From contig OZ316776.1 of assembly GCA_973851085.1 (NCBI GenBank), positions 10,726,001-10,790,000 on the forward strand: 64,000 nucleotides of DNA, in the 5' to 3' direction. The translations under genes and the position numbers were made by a program. This DNA comes from Ptychomitrium polyphyllum. Its lineage: Eukaryota. Below, in pieces: positions 13,379 to 27,100 of this stretch; position 1 is the first letter of the stretch; every line of letters starts with the position of its first letter. The notes below the pieces were generated by a model, which saw only the letters and a list, made by a program, of their open reading frames with translations, did not search any database and was not told the origin of the DNA.

Positions 13379-16097
13379 ATGTCAATGGTGTCGCAATCTT
13401 GGAATAGTCCTTAATGATTATTTTGTAGAAATTTGCAAATTCCAAGAAGCATTGAACATCTCAAATTAATCTTAGTGTACTCCACTCCATGATAGTGCTT
13501 ATATTCTATTCATTTATATGGATTCTTCCTTTAGAGATGATGTAGCATAAAAATTCAATCAAAGCTTCATAAAAAAGGCACTTCTCCAATTTGGCATATA
13601 ATTCCCGTTGGCGTAATTTTTCTAGAAGTAATTATACATAACATTTGTAGTCTTGTTTATCCTTTGAATATATCAAAATATCATTTAAATAGATGACTAC
13701 AAAATCGTCTAAATGTACATGGAAGTTATCATTTGTTATGTTTTAAAAAACTGTAAAGGCATTAGTAGGGCCAAAAGGCATGACATTGTATTCAAAATAG
13801 TCATATCTAGATTGAAATGCTATCTTCTATTTGTCTCCTTCGTTGATACGTATGATATTGTAGGCTCTTCTAAGATAAATCTTTTTAAATATCTTTGTTT
13901 GGCCAAGTTATTGTATAAGTCTTGAGATTAATGGTAGTGAATAACTATTCTTCTTGGTTACACTATTGAGGCCTTGATAGTCCACACATGTACATAATGA
14001 TCCATCTTTCTTTTTTATAAATAGAATGGGTGCTCTAGCAGGTGATTTAGGATGTTGAATGAAGCCCTTTCTAAGGTTTTTATTAATATATTTTCTTAAG
14101 GCAATCAACTTGGTTTATGATAGGTTATAGATAGGTCCAAAAGGTGATTGGGCTCCTTCTTACAACGCAATAGTATAATTGTAAGGCTAATGTTTTGATA
14201 ATATATTTGCATTCTTCTTTTCAAAGACATCTTTATAATCTTGATATTGACGAGGTATGTTTTGATTAGTCTCTACTATAGAGCCAAACATTGGTGTGGC
14301 ATAAATGGCATAAATTGGTTTATGTTTTGCCGCTCTCATGAACGCCTTAGCTCCAATAAATGATGGTCCAAGATTTCTAGTATTTAGACATTTGTTCTTT
14401 GAGACCACACTTTGTAAGGGCCAATCAATATTTGAATTATGTAATTCAAATCAAGGAAGATCCAAGACAATAGGATTTATTCAGCATTGAATAATATTGA
14501 AGACAATCTTAGATGTTTGATTTCTTAAAATAACCTCCAACAGTTGAGCTTCTTCAATACTATTGTCAGATACAAGATATTGTCCATCAATAATTTCAAC
14601 AAATATAGGATAATTTTTTTTTATAAGTACTATTTGGTGTTTTATTACAAAATCCTTATCTATGAAGCATATCATTTCACTAGTATCTAAAAGAGCTTCA
14701 CTACCATTTCATCATCTAATAATTTAATTTTGATAGGAAATGTAAAACAAGAAGTAGGGATTGGAGGTAATAAGAAACTTTGATTTGATAGTCATTTTCT
14801 TGTGTTGTCCAATTGCATGGTTCCTACTATGTCTGAAGAGTTTTGTTTTTGAATTCCACCATTGTGCTTTGAACCTCAAAGGCAAATCCTTTGATTTGGC
14901 AATTTGACACTTTATATCCAAACTTGCTATAATATAAACATAGGTTTCTTCTTTGAAAGCTTTCTTTTTCTTCTGCAATCAAACCTCTTAATTTGGCAGC
15001 ATCACTTTATATGGATTTTGGTCCTTGTGGTGGAATTTCCAATACTTTTGAAGGAGTGGTTTCCATACCTTGATGTATCGGTCACCATCTCAAGCATTGT
15101 TCTTGGCGCCTCTCAAATAGTCTATTGTCACATGCTATTGCTTGAGTGATAAATTTGTCCAATGTATTAATCCTTGGCATTACGAGTAGCAAGTCTTTTA
15201 TATTCTCTTTCAGGCTCCATTGTAATTATGTGACCAAGGCCTTATCATTCCAATCAAAGTTGCAAGCTATTTGTCAAAATTCTATATTATATATAGCAAC
15301 TGAGCGTTGTCCTTGTTGTATACCTTGGATTTTTATTTCAGCCACCATTTCTCAATTGTTGTCTCCAAAAGTAGATGTCAATGTTTTCATGAAAGCATTG
15401 AAATTGTTCAACAATTGAGATTGCTTCTCCATTAATGGTGCAAACCACAATAGTGCATTGTTTGATAAAAGAGTGGCTACAAATCCCACTTGAATAGTGT
15501 CATCAAGATAGCAAGATTGATACAAGCTAAAGAAGAGCCTTATTTGTTGAACAAAGCTTTTCAACTTTAATCTTGATTCATCAAACTTGTCTAGCATGCC
15601 AATCTTTAGTTCCGCATGGTTTCAACGTAAGCTTTATCTTTTAATATGGGCCTCTTGCAATTAAACAACATCTTGATAAAGACTTTGAATATTGTCATTA
15701 GATTCTTCAATTTGCTAAGTGCACTACTCTAAATTGTTGGTGGTGTTGAAGCAAGTGAGTTCCATTCAAACTGAATTCAATAATTCTTGAAAGTCTGCAA
15801 AACTTGCAAACCTATTTTCTTATGTTCCAGGCATGTTATGCATTCTTTAAGACTATCAAAGACAAAAAGACTATGAATACCTTCAAAAAAAGGTAATCCA
15901 TGTCTTTTCAAAGATTAATTCTTCTTCAAAAGAAGTAATACTTGCTTTTAGAAGAAGAAACCAACTTATGGTGTGAGCTTAGAGGAAGGTATTCCGCAAC
16001 TTCTAAAACACTATGGGATCCTAAAAAAGATGGATAATCTACAATCTTTTTCAAAGTACCTTAACTTTGACAAAGATGAAGAAGAAACTTGCCAAAT

Positions 16098-16739
16098 TAT
16101 TAAAGATATAAGAAACAAGAAGTAGAAACAAGTGTTTTCAAAGAATTAGATTCCAAATAGCTAATGATTAAAAAGAATTGATATAAAGACTAGATCAAGG
16201 CAAGATATAATATGATCCACAACTTGTGTTGGCAACACTAAGGAATATCTTCTCTTGCATCCTATTTATACTAAGAAACTTGTATCTCCAAGAATACATT
16301 CTAAAAAGCTTCTTATAATGCTTCTGAATGTTTTACAAAGTCTATGGAACCTTTGAAGAAGTTTTTCAAAGAAGTAAGATCTCCTTAGGAGCTTTTTTGA
16401 GGCGGGAGAATCTTCCTTAAGAAGTTTTGCAATTTAATAGAACCTTCTTAGGAAGTCCTCTAAAATGGTGGAATTTTCCTAAGAAGTTTTCTAAAAAAGT
16501 GGAGTTTTCCTAAGGAGTTTGTCAAAGAAGTGGAAGCCTTTTTAAAAATTGCCTAAGGTTGTAGAAACTTTGTAAGAAGTTTTTTATGGCTTTAAAACCT
16601 TTCTACAAAGTTTTTCAAATAGATGGTACGGCTATGGAAGCGGTGAAAGTTTTTTTAGAAGCTATTACAATGTATAAGAAAATTCTGGAAGGTTCCAGAA
16701 GGTTTTAAAGACCATGTTGCATGATCTATGTCCATGGCA
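16098..16739 (-). repeat. 5' LTR of copy D (family B, degenerate)
   Basis: Homologous to 22251-22864. Followed on the minus strand by a TTTGGCAAG PBS-like motif and the 5' UTR. Confidence 0.85.
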
Positions 16740-19397
16740 CCTTTTTCCTCCTACAAATGCATCAAAATAGCACCTATGCTTGATTTAAGGCACTTATATG
16801 GCAGTTGCATGGTGGACTAAGTGTTGTTACTAGTTAAACCTTTGATGATTGTTATTGAACTAAAATGGGGCTTATTGGATGTTTTTGCAAGTAGATTAAC
16901 ATGGATAAATAAACATACCACTAAATAATCTTAGTACATGCAAAAAGTAATTGAAATGAGGGGACAACTAATAAAGGTAAATCTAAACGTAAACTTTGTT
17001 TTTTGACTTTTTTAAAATTCTTCTTCAATCAAGCAAATCTCAATGAATATATAATTCTAATTAAAAAACAAATGAAGTTTATATTAAATTAAGTAAAGGT
17101 CTCTTTTATACATAGATCAAAACTTAAATATCTTAATTTGCTATGAAGGTTTTTTCTTTAAATTTTTCATATTCAAACAAGAAATAGGTTTATTTAGGCA
17201 CATCATGACAATACATTTATTGTCTTGGCCAGTTAGTCATTATAATTTTAATTTGAAAATACTTAAGTTTTTTTTTTACACTTATGCACACTTAAGTTGT
17301 ATCATAAACACGTGAATAAATTACATAATTTAGTTGATTTGGAAAATGTGCAGTAATTGAAAAAGCTCTAAGTAATGACTATTGTTGATTGAACTGCTAA
17401 AATTTAATTGCTCTTCATAACAATATTCATTGAAAGCCTTCACTCTCAAACCACCTCCAGATCCACCTCTTATGCGTTGCCACATGCCCAGATAATTACA
17501 AAGCATTTGCCATGTTTAACGGTGTCTAAGAAATAGTCAACATTTTGCACACTTGCATGCATAATGCAGATTCTAATACAGTGCCCTAACAATGATTCAA
17601 GACTGTTCTGTTAAAAATGTTATGTTTGTTCCAAGAAAACATTGGGAATGGAGCTGTACTGCCACAGTGCGGTTCTGTGAGATCGAAACCACGCACAATC
17701 TTCTCTGTCAGTGAAGAGCGCGCAACCCACCAATGCACTTGTTAATCATAGAAATTAGGTTACAGTGGAAACTTCACTGTAGACAATGAAAAGTTTGTGA
17801 ATATATTTGAGGACAATCTAATCTCAAGAACTGCTCGCCCATCTCAACACAATAAAGAGAATGAAAAGAGGTGATTTACCTGTCCACCTCACTGCACATT
17901 AACAGTGAATATCATGTCACGCTGTCGGAATTTCCTTTCAATAATCAGACAGGTTCAACCTTCAAATTTTTCTAAAATATTCCAACATATCAGAGTTATC
18001 CATTAGGTTGAACAAGTTCCTGACTTTGTGTTTGTAAAACGTGTTCTTCCTATTGATTGACACAAGCATTAATACACTCTTAATGTAAGGGAACTTTGGG
18101 CTGCTAGGATAAATTAAGGGTTTACTTGGAAGAGCTTCGGCTAGCATTGAAAAGGTCCAAAATTAAAGATTCCTTAACAGCACAAAACTTTCTTGATCAC
18201 ATCTCAACACTCTAGAGGTTCTTCCTTGATACATCCAAAAATATGACAAAATTCGTTTTTACTCCATTTGATGGCAAGAATGTAATCAAATGGTATTTTG
18301 CAAAACTTTCATTTAAGAAAAACTTAAAAGAAAACTTTATTATCATAAAAACCTAGCTTGGAATTCTTTGTATTGCAAAATCCAAGTACAGTACTACAAA
18401 TTTAAAATTACATTTTTTAACATTTCCTTTAAAATTGGCAAAGTACATAAATAATTTCCAAAAATTTTTTAGTTCAAATTTTTTGGAATGTTTTGTATTG
18501 AACCTCATTCTAGCCTATAATAAACAACGCTATAAATGCATTTCATTTCTAAATTTGAGGCTTGATTATGGAGCATCAGAATGCTTATTTTAGCCAAAGG
18601 ATTTTATTTCATGACTTCTTCTTTTATATCTTATGGACATATACATGAAACCTAAAATGAACAAACTTTTTATTTATGCCAATTTCATAAAGAATTTTTT
18701 TAACTTTTAATTTTTTTCATTCAATTCTATGTATATTAAAAACACCCAAATGTGCATGTGCATGTGCATGTATAGCCTATTTAAATCTTCATATTAATAA
18801 AACATCTATTCAAAAATAAAATTCTACTTATATTTTACATGAAGATTAGATTAAACCTTGTACAATTGAAAGCGCTACTAACAATTTTATTTGATAGTCA
18901 TGTTCATTTTTTCCTATATTTTGCCCATTTCTAGACTATTAAGGTTATCATGGTCAATTAGGATGTTAAATGACATTTTTATCTTAAATTAAGGTTTAAA
19001 TGGCTTGAACCATAAATTAATAGAAAAAATCAAGTTAATAAGAAGAATTTTTTTTTCTATTTTTTAATTTCAAATTCCCTCTTTTAATGCCTTGAATGAG
19101 ACAAAATGATTACTAATAAGTATAGGATTAAGGTCAATTGCTATAGTAAGGAATTGGAATTTAGGTCTCAAATATTTCTCATTTTGGCAACTTTGTAGAA
19201 TTCATTTATTTTCTCTTCATTTTGTGGTTTGAAGGAAAGAACGTTCTTTTGCCGTTGGAGGCAAATTAAGAAGCACTTAGCATTTTTGAAGAGCGCTATT
19301 TTTTTGTTGCTATGTATGCAAACTCTTTTGCCACTCCTCTACTTAGATTGTTGTCTTCATTTCTTTGATTGCTAGTAGTAAATCAAAAAATACCTAC

Positions 19398-19811
19398 GGT
19401 AACAAACATAGATCACTTAGCATAGTTTTAAAAATCTTCTAAAACCTTATAGTACCTTATAGTAGTTTCATAAAATGCTTTTAATACTTCCATAGCCATT
19501 CCACTTCTTTAGAAAACTTCTTAGAGAGCTTCCACCTCCTTAAGAAATTTCTTCAAAAGGTTCTACAAATTTCTACAACATTGTTAAGTTTCATAAGAGG
19601 CTTCTTTAGAAGTATCCTAAAAAACACAAGCGTTGTAGTATAAATAGGAGGTAAGACAAGGTATATGTCTTGCCAATACAAATTGTAGAGCATATCCAAA
19701 ATATACCCTTAGTTTAATGCTTGTATTTCTTCTTATTAATCATTAGCTAGTTTGGAGGCTAATTCTTAGAAGCAACTTTGTGCTAAATTTCTTATTCTTT
19801 TGTACCTAATA
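19398..19811 (+). repeat. Degenerate, shortened family B LTR
   Basis: Contains ACATAGATCAC..., TATAAATAGGAGG and TAATCATTAGCT...CCTAATA. No clear TSD. Confidence 0.75.
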
Positions 19812-20099
19812 ACTAGGGTTTCTTCCAAGTGCCGCTCTTCTATTGCAGCTCTTGTGAGCTGTTATTTTGCAACATGGTGGTTTTTGTTGTTCTTTTATTT
19901 AGATTGTTATATTTTTTTCTCTTATTGCTAGTGGCGGATCAATAAGTACTTATGATATCCTGCAAGTGTTGTTTTTATCTTATTATGCCTATTGCTTGTT
20001 CCTTATTATCTTACAATCTTTGTTGTTTCTAACTTTAATTAGGAATTTGCAAAAAACTTCAAAAAAAGACTCCAAGCATCATTTTCATCTAAGATCTCC

Positions 20100-22250
20100 T
20101 CACCTTCTATGTCATTCAAATGTACTCCAAGAAAGGATCTTTTCCTCTTTTGCTAGCCAGGTCTTGGTTAAGAATGGCCAATGCTAAAATGGATTGGAGT
20201 GATAATAGGCCCTACATTTTATACGGATTCCCAAATAATTTCACCAAAATAAATATCCAACTTGTATGTCCAATCAAGGCCCACACAAAATTTATTCATT
20301 TGATGATGAAATGCCCACCACTATACTTGAGAAGAAAGTACAAAAAAATGTGCACTTTGACGTGGCTGACTCATATGCTTTAGCACCTGTGGTTGTAACC
20401 AACAATCTTCCTCTGAAATGCCTAGACCTTGGCTTATATGTGTTACGGACATAAATCACGCAACATAATCCTTGGAACATTCTAGAACCTTTTAGTATAC
20501 TATAATAGCTTATTATAATACTTTTAAATGTCTCCATAGTCTTTCCATGTTCTTAAGAAGCTTCTTGGGAAATTTCTTCCACCTTAGGAAACTTCCTAGG
20601 ACGGTTCTATCATCTTAAATAATTTCTTAGGAAACTTCCTACAAGGATTCCATCACCTTAGGAAACTTCCTAGGAAGGTTCCATCATCTTAGGTAAGTTC
20701 CTAGGAAAGTTCTACATCTTTAGGAAACTTCCTAAGAAGGTTTCACTACCTTAGGAAACTTCCAAGGAAGGTTCCAACTCCTTAGAAAGGTTCCAATATC
20801 TTAGAAAACTTCTTGGGAAGCTTCCCTAGACTTTCAGAACATTCTTAAGCTTTGTAGGAAGCTTCTTTAGAAGTATCCTAGGAGATACAAACGTCATAAT
20901 ATAAATTGGAGGCAAGACAAGGTATTTGTTAGTCTTGCCAACACAAGTTGTGGATCATCTTGAATCCTGCCTTGTTCTGGTCTTTGTATCAAATTCTTGT
21001 TAATCATTAGCTCTTTGGAAGCTAATTCTTGTGAAACACTTCGTTTTTGCATCTTGTTTCGTGTGTCCCTAATAGTATGATTGGCAAGATGATGGCCAAT
21101 TTGCAGTATGGTTAGTTGAACACCCTACTTTTTATACAAAATGGTCATCCAGCTTCATAGAAGGAGAATTGCCAATGGAGGAGGAATTTGAGTGTCCTGA
21201 CCTTGCCATCCTAGTAGATGACATTAATATAAAGGATGTATGTCATGTTCATATGGATGGCACTCAAATTAACAAGCTTGAGGTGCTAATAGAAGAAGAA
21301 GTCCTATCTCCACCTTATAAGGTCCCAAAGACTTCAATAGGCCTCCAAATAGGCTCCAATATAATTACTTATTCTCCATTACCAATAAATTGGTATTGCA
21401 GGCCAACACAGCCTGACCATGTCAAATCTCAAGACTGGAAGTTGACAGATGTTGCATTAAAAGGTGAACCACTGCAAACCATTAAAACAGGGGTACAACT
21501 AATAGCCAAGGAAACAAAGGATTATAGAACCTTACTGATGGAATTTCATGACATCCTTGCTTGGTAGTATTAGGACTTGCAAGGAATTTCCCCTGAGGTG
21601 GCCTAACACACTATTTCTTTTATTCCACGGTCCAAGCCTATTAAAAAAAGAGAGAGGAGAATGAATTCCAATCTATAGTTAATAATTAAGGCAAAGTTGG
21701 AGAAGTTAATAGAAGCTGGCTTCATCAAATTAGTAGAGATCTTAGATTGGGTATCTCTAATGGTGTTAGTAAAAAAAAAGAATGGTAAATTGAGGGTATG
21801 TATAGATTATAAGGCACTAAACAAGTAAACACAGAAAGACCACTTCTCCTTACCATTCATTAACACTATTTTAGATGAGATGGCAGGCCATGAGGAATAT
21901 ACCTTCATGGATGTATATTTTGGTTGCTACCAAATATCCATAGCACCTAAGGATTACTACAAGACCACATTCACAACACTTTGGAGAACTTTCATTTATG
22001 TGGTAATGCCCTTTAGACTTTATAATGCTCCAGCGGCATTTCAGAGAGCAATGACCAATGCTTTCTTAGACTTGTTACACAAGACCATGGCGGTATTTAC
22101 AAATGACTTTAGCACCCAGACGTATGTGGCTAAACATTTGAGTACAGTCAAGGAAAGTTTAAAACGTTGTTAATAAAGAAGAAATACTTTCAATCATAAA
22201 AAGCTATACCTAGTGGTAATCTGAGGTGTCTTATTGGACTATGTAGTGTC
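20100..22250 (+). pseudogene. Non-chromovirus Ty3/gypsy pol remnant (end of PR and RT), Phygy/OTA-like
   Basis: SFPLLLARSWLRMANAKMDW; WVSLMVLVKKKNGKLRVCIDYKALNK; MAGHEEYTFMD..YQI; VMPFRLYNAPAAFQR. Interrupted by a solo LTR and cut off at 22250. Confidence 0.8.
20441..21074 (+). mobile_element. Solo LTR of family B
   Basis: TGTTACGG...CCCTAATA. Flanks ATATG and GTATG match 4/5 as a TSD. Confidence 0.88.
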
Positions 22251-22866
22251 TGTCACGGACATAGATCATGCAACACAGTCCTTAAAACATTCTAGAATCT
22301 TCTAGTATACTATAATAGCTTCTTAGAATACTTTTAAATGTCTCCATAGTCTTTCCATGTTCTTAGAAAATTTTTTAGGAAGGTTCCATCATCATACGTA
22401 ACTTTCTAAGAAACTTCCTAGGAAACTTCTATCATCTTAGAAAACTTCCTAGGAAGGTTCCATCATCTTAGAAAACTTCCTAAAAAGATAGAACCTTTTT
22501 AGGAAACTTCCTAAGAAGGTTCCGCTACCTTAGAAAACTTCCAAGGAAGATTCCAACTCCTAAGAAGACTCTTAGGAAGGTTCCAATATCTTAGGAAACT
22601 TCTTGGAAAGGTTCCTTAGACTTCCAAAACATTCTTAAGCCTTATAGGAAGTTGCTTTAGAAATATCCTAGGAGATATAAACGTCATAGTTTAAATAAGA
22701 GGCAAGACAAGATATTCCTTAGTCTTGCCAACACAAGTTGTCGATCATCTGGAATCCTGCCTTGTTATAGTCTTTGTATCAAGTTCTTGTTAATCATTAG
22801 TTCTTTGGAAGCTGATTCTTGGAAAACACTTCGTTTTTGCTTCTTGTTTCTTGTGACCCTAACAGT

Positions 22867-22878
22867 TTGGCAAGACTA
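22867..22878 (+). promoter_or_regulatory. Non-tRNA (self-priming type) PBS
   Basis: TTGGCAAGACTA is the exact reverse complement of TAGTCTTGCCAA (22720-22731), which lies ~23-30 nt after the TATA-like TTTAAATA at 22690-22697. Confidence 0.75.
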
Positions 22879-23107
22879 CTTTTCATCTTTGTCAGAGCTA
22901 AGGTTTTTTGAAGAGGATTGTGGATTACCCATCTTCTTTAGGATTCCATAGCGTCTTAGAATTGCAGATTACCCTCCTCTAAGTTGGCACCATAGAATTG
23001 GTTTCTCCTTCTAGAACCAAGTATTACTTCTTTCAAAGGACGTGGATTTCCTCCTTTGAAGGTACTCATAGTCTTTTTGTCTTTGAGAGTCTTAAGAAAT
23101 GGATAAC

Positions 23108-24117
23108 GTGCCTGGAACATCAGAGAATAGCTTTGCAACTATTGCAAACCTTCAAGAATTATTAAACACAGTTCGAACCGAACTTGCCCGTTTTAATACC
23201 ACCAACAATTTGGAGCAATATACTTGACAAACTAAAGAATCCAATGGTGATATTCAAAGCCTATATCAAGAGGTTGTTCGATTGCGAGAGGCCAATATTG
23301 GAAGAGCAGATTTCCGTCAAACCCACGCAGAGCCAAAGATTAGCATGCTAGACAAGTTCAATGGATCAAGATCAAATTGAGAAGCTTTGTTCAACAAGTA
23401 AGACTCTTCCTTAGTTTGCATCAATCTCGCTATCCTGATGGCACAACTCAAGTGGGATTTGTGGCCATTCTTTTATCAAATAATGCACTATCGTGGTTTG
23501 CACCACTAATGGAGAAGCAGTCACCATTATTGAACAACTTAGATGCTTTTATAGAAGCATTGACATCTACTTTTGGAGACACCGACCGAAAGAGGGTGGC
23601 TGAGACAAGGATCCAGAGTCTCCAACAAGGGCAGCGTTCAGCTGCTACATATGCTGCAGAGTTTCGGCAATTAGCTTGCGACCTTGATTGGAATGATAAA
23701 GCCTTGGTTACACGATTTTGATGGGACTTAAGAGAGAATGTAAAGGACTTGCTACTAACAATGCCAAGAATTGAAACATTGGACGAATTCATCACTCAGG
23801 CAATAGCATGTGACAACAAATTATTTGAGAGGCGCCAAGAACAACGCTTGGGATGGCAAACAGTACATCAAAGCATGGCTACCACTTCTTCAAGAATATT
23901 GGAAAATCGACCACAAGGACCAGAACCTATGCAAATTGATGCTGCCCAGTTCAGACATTTGACTCCAGAAGAAAAAGAAAGGCGTCGAAGAGAAAACCTA
24001 TGTTTGTATTGTGGCAAGTCTGGACATAAAGTGCGCGATTGCCAAATCAAAGAATCTGCCTTCAAGGCTCAGAGCACAATGGTGGAGTTGGAAAACGAGG
24101 CTATCCAGTCACAGTAG
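23108..24117 (+). pseudogene. Gag of family B (disrupted)
   Basis: Motifs DKFNGSRS, NALSWF, QGQRSAATYAAEF, GPEPMQID and CLYCGKSGHKVRDC. The start codon is GTG here but ATG in copy D. Internal stops present. Confidence 0.88.
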
Positions 24118-27100
24118 GGACCATGCGATTGGACACCACAAGGAAACGACCATCAAATCAAGGTCTCTTACTACCTTCAAACCTTACCTCTTGTTTTATA
24201 TTTCCTATTAAAATTAAGTTGTTAGATGATGAAATAATTAGTGAGGCTCTCTTAGACACTAGTGCAACGGCATGTTTTATGGACAAGGATTTTGCAACCA
24301 AACATCACATGGTGCTTGTGAAGAAAAAATATCCCGCACCTGTTGAAGTTATTGATGGACGATCTCTTGCGTCTGGCAACGTTATTGAAGAAACTCAACC
24401 ATTGGAGGTTGTTTTAGGAGACCAGGCATCTAAGATTGTCTTCAACATCATTCAATGCCAAACGAATCCTATTGTTTTGGGCCTTCCTTGGTTTGAATTA
24501 CATAATCCAGACATTGACTGGTGCTCACGGAGTGTGGTCTCAAGGAAAAGACGCCAAGGTACGAGAAAGCTTGGACCATCATTTATTGGAGCTAAGGCAT
24601 TTATGAGAGCGGCAAAGGATGAACCAATCTATGCCATTTATGCCACGCCAATGTCTAGCCCTACAATAGAGACTAATAAAAACATACCTCGTTAATATCA
24701 AGATTATAAAGACGTTTTTGAGAAGAAGAATGCGGACATGTTATCAAAGCACCGGCCCTACAATTGTACCATTGAATTGCAAGAAGGAGCCCAACCACCT
24801 TTTGGACCTATTTATAACTTATCACAAACTGAGTTGGCTGCTTTGAGAGAATATATTGATGAAAACCTTGGAAAGGGTTTCATTCAACACTCTAAATTAC
24901 TTGCTGGAGCACCCATTCTATTTGTAAAGAAGAAAGATGGATCATTACGTATGTGCATGGACTATCGAGGCCTCAACAAAGTAACAAAAAAGAATCGCTA
25001 TCCATTACCATTAATCTCAGGACTCCTACAACAACTTGGCCAAGCAAAGATATTCACCAAAATTGATCTTAGAGGAGCCTACAATCTTGTACGCATCAAA
25101 GAAGGAGACGAATGGAAGACAACTTTTCGATCTAGGTATGGTCATTTTGAATACAATGTCATGCCTTTTGACCTTACTAATGCTCCCGTAGTCGTTCAAC
25201 ATATGATGAATGATATTTTCCATGAATATCTGGATGATTTTGTAGTCATCTACTTAGATGATATTTTGATATATTCAAAGGATGAACAAGACCACGAATG
25301 TCATGTGCGAATGGTCTTAGAAAAACTACGCCAGCGAGGATTATATGCCAAATTGGAGAAGTACCTTTTCCATGAATCATCGGTCGAATTTTTAGGCTAC
25401 ATCATTTCCAAAGGAGGAATCCATATGGATAAGAAAAAAATAAGCATTGTTATGGAGTGGAGTACACCAAGATCAATTTGAGATGTTCAATGCTTCTTGG
25501 GATTTGCAAATTTCTACAAGATATTCATCAAGAATTATTCCAAGATTGCGGCATCATTAATATGTCTTACAGGGAAGCTAAAATTCATTTGGGATGAAGA
25601 AGCGGAAAAAGCATTTCAAAGTCTTAAGAAGTCATTCACGTCGGCTCCAATTCTTATTCATCCAAATCCATCAAAGCCTTTTTATTTGGAAGCGGATGCC
25701 TCAGATTTTGCGCTTGGTTCAGTACTCTCTCAATATGATGAAAACTAAAGACTTCACCTTCTTGCCTTTCGTTCAAGGAAGTTCTCAGCGGCAGAGATCA
25801 ACTATGATATATATGATTACAATCTACTTGCAATTGTGGATGCATTTGAAGAATGGCAACATTTATTGGAAGGAGCTCAACATACCATCACAATATATAC
25901 AGACCACAAGAACTTGGAGTATTTCATGAGTGCGCACATTTTGAATCGCCGTCAAGCAAGGTGGAGTATGTCGCTTTCTAGATTTGACTTTGTCACCACC
26001 TATCGATCTGGTAACTTGCAAGGTAAGCCAGATGCCTTATTTTGAAGATCTTATTTAGCTCCTCAACCTGGAGATGATGTTTTGAATCAACAAAGGACTA
26101 TTTTATTGAAACCAGAGAATCTTCAATTGAAAGCAACGATTATTACGACAACATCCCATCTTGACGAAATTCGGAACGCTTTGAAGAATGACGTTTTTGT
26201 TTCAAATATAAAGAAGCGCCTCAAAGACAATGGAGATCTTTCAAATAGCAATGAGGACTTTGAATTCCAAGAGGGCCTACTTTATTATAAAGGACTTTTG
26301 TACCTACCTCCAGGCCCTTTGTGATTGAAGATCCTTCAAGCACGTCATGATTTTCCAGCAGCAGGACATTTTGGATTCCATAAAACAATGGAGTTGATTG
26401 CAAGAGACTATTGGTGGCCACAAATGTGGAAGTACGTGAAGGACTTTATTTGATCATGCGACACTTGTGCAAGAGCCAAGGTACCAAGGCACCAACCTCA
26501 TGGTCTCCTCCATCCGCTTCCAGTGCCAAGGGCCCATGGTTGTCTTTGTCAATGGATTTTATCACGGACCTTCCAAATTCCGATTCTAAAGATTCTATTT
26601 TGGTAGTACTGGATCGATTTACCAAAATGGCACATTTCATTCCATCCAACAAGACGGTAACGGGAGAAGAAACTACCAAGTTGTTCTTAAATCACGTCTA
26701 TCACATACATGGATTACCAAATGATATTATATCCGATCGGGGACCGCAGTTCATTTCCAACTTTTGGAGGGCTCTATTCCAGCCGTTGCGTGTAAAGATC
26801 AATCTTTCTTCAACACACCATCCGCAAACTAATGGCCAAACCGAACGTGTGAATCAAATTTTGGAGCAATACCTTTGTTGTAGCATAAACTACCAGCAAG
26901 ACAATTGGATGGACCTCTTGCCTTTGGCAGAATTTGCTTACAACAGTACGGTGCATTCTTCAACAATTCAAAGTCCATTCTTTGCAAACTATGGCCATCA
27001 TCCTCAAACAGATCCATTTCAAGTGAAGCATGTTGGAAGTCCCGCAGCAGAGGATTTTGCAAATCAACTTGCTAAAATCCATCAAGAAATTACCTTCCAG

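Larger units (their letters stand above)
673..16739 (-). mobile_element. Old Tcn1-like Ty3/gypsy chromovirus (family B, copy D), the outermost element of the left nest
   Basis: 5' LTR at 16098-16739. Decayed gag, PR, RT, RNase H and IN run on the minus strand (ORF fragments at 15352, 14481, 14187, 13908, 12358, 11198 and 3438). 3' UTR, PPT and 3' LTR lie at 673-~1387. Flanks TCTTT (668-672) and CCTTT (16740-16744) match 4/5 as a TSD. Colinear with the copy at 22251-28838. Confidence 0.7.

Noticed and set aside
21075..21090. TTGGCAAGA after the 20441 LTR as the PBS of a full element
   Set aside because: The spacing differs from the real PBS, a 4/5 TSD is present and the downstream DNA is a different pol. 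A solo LTR fits better.
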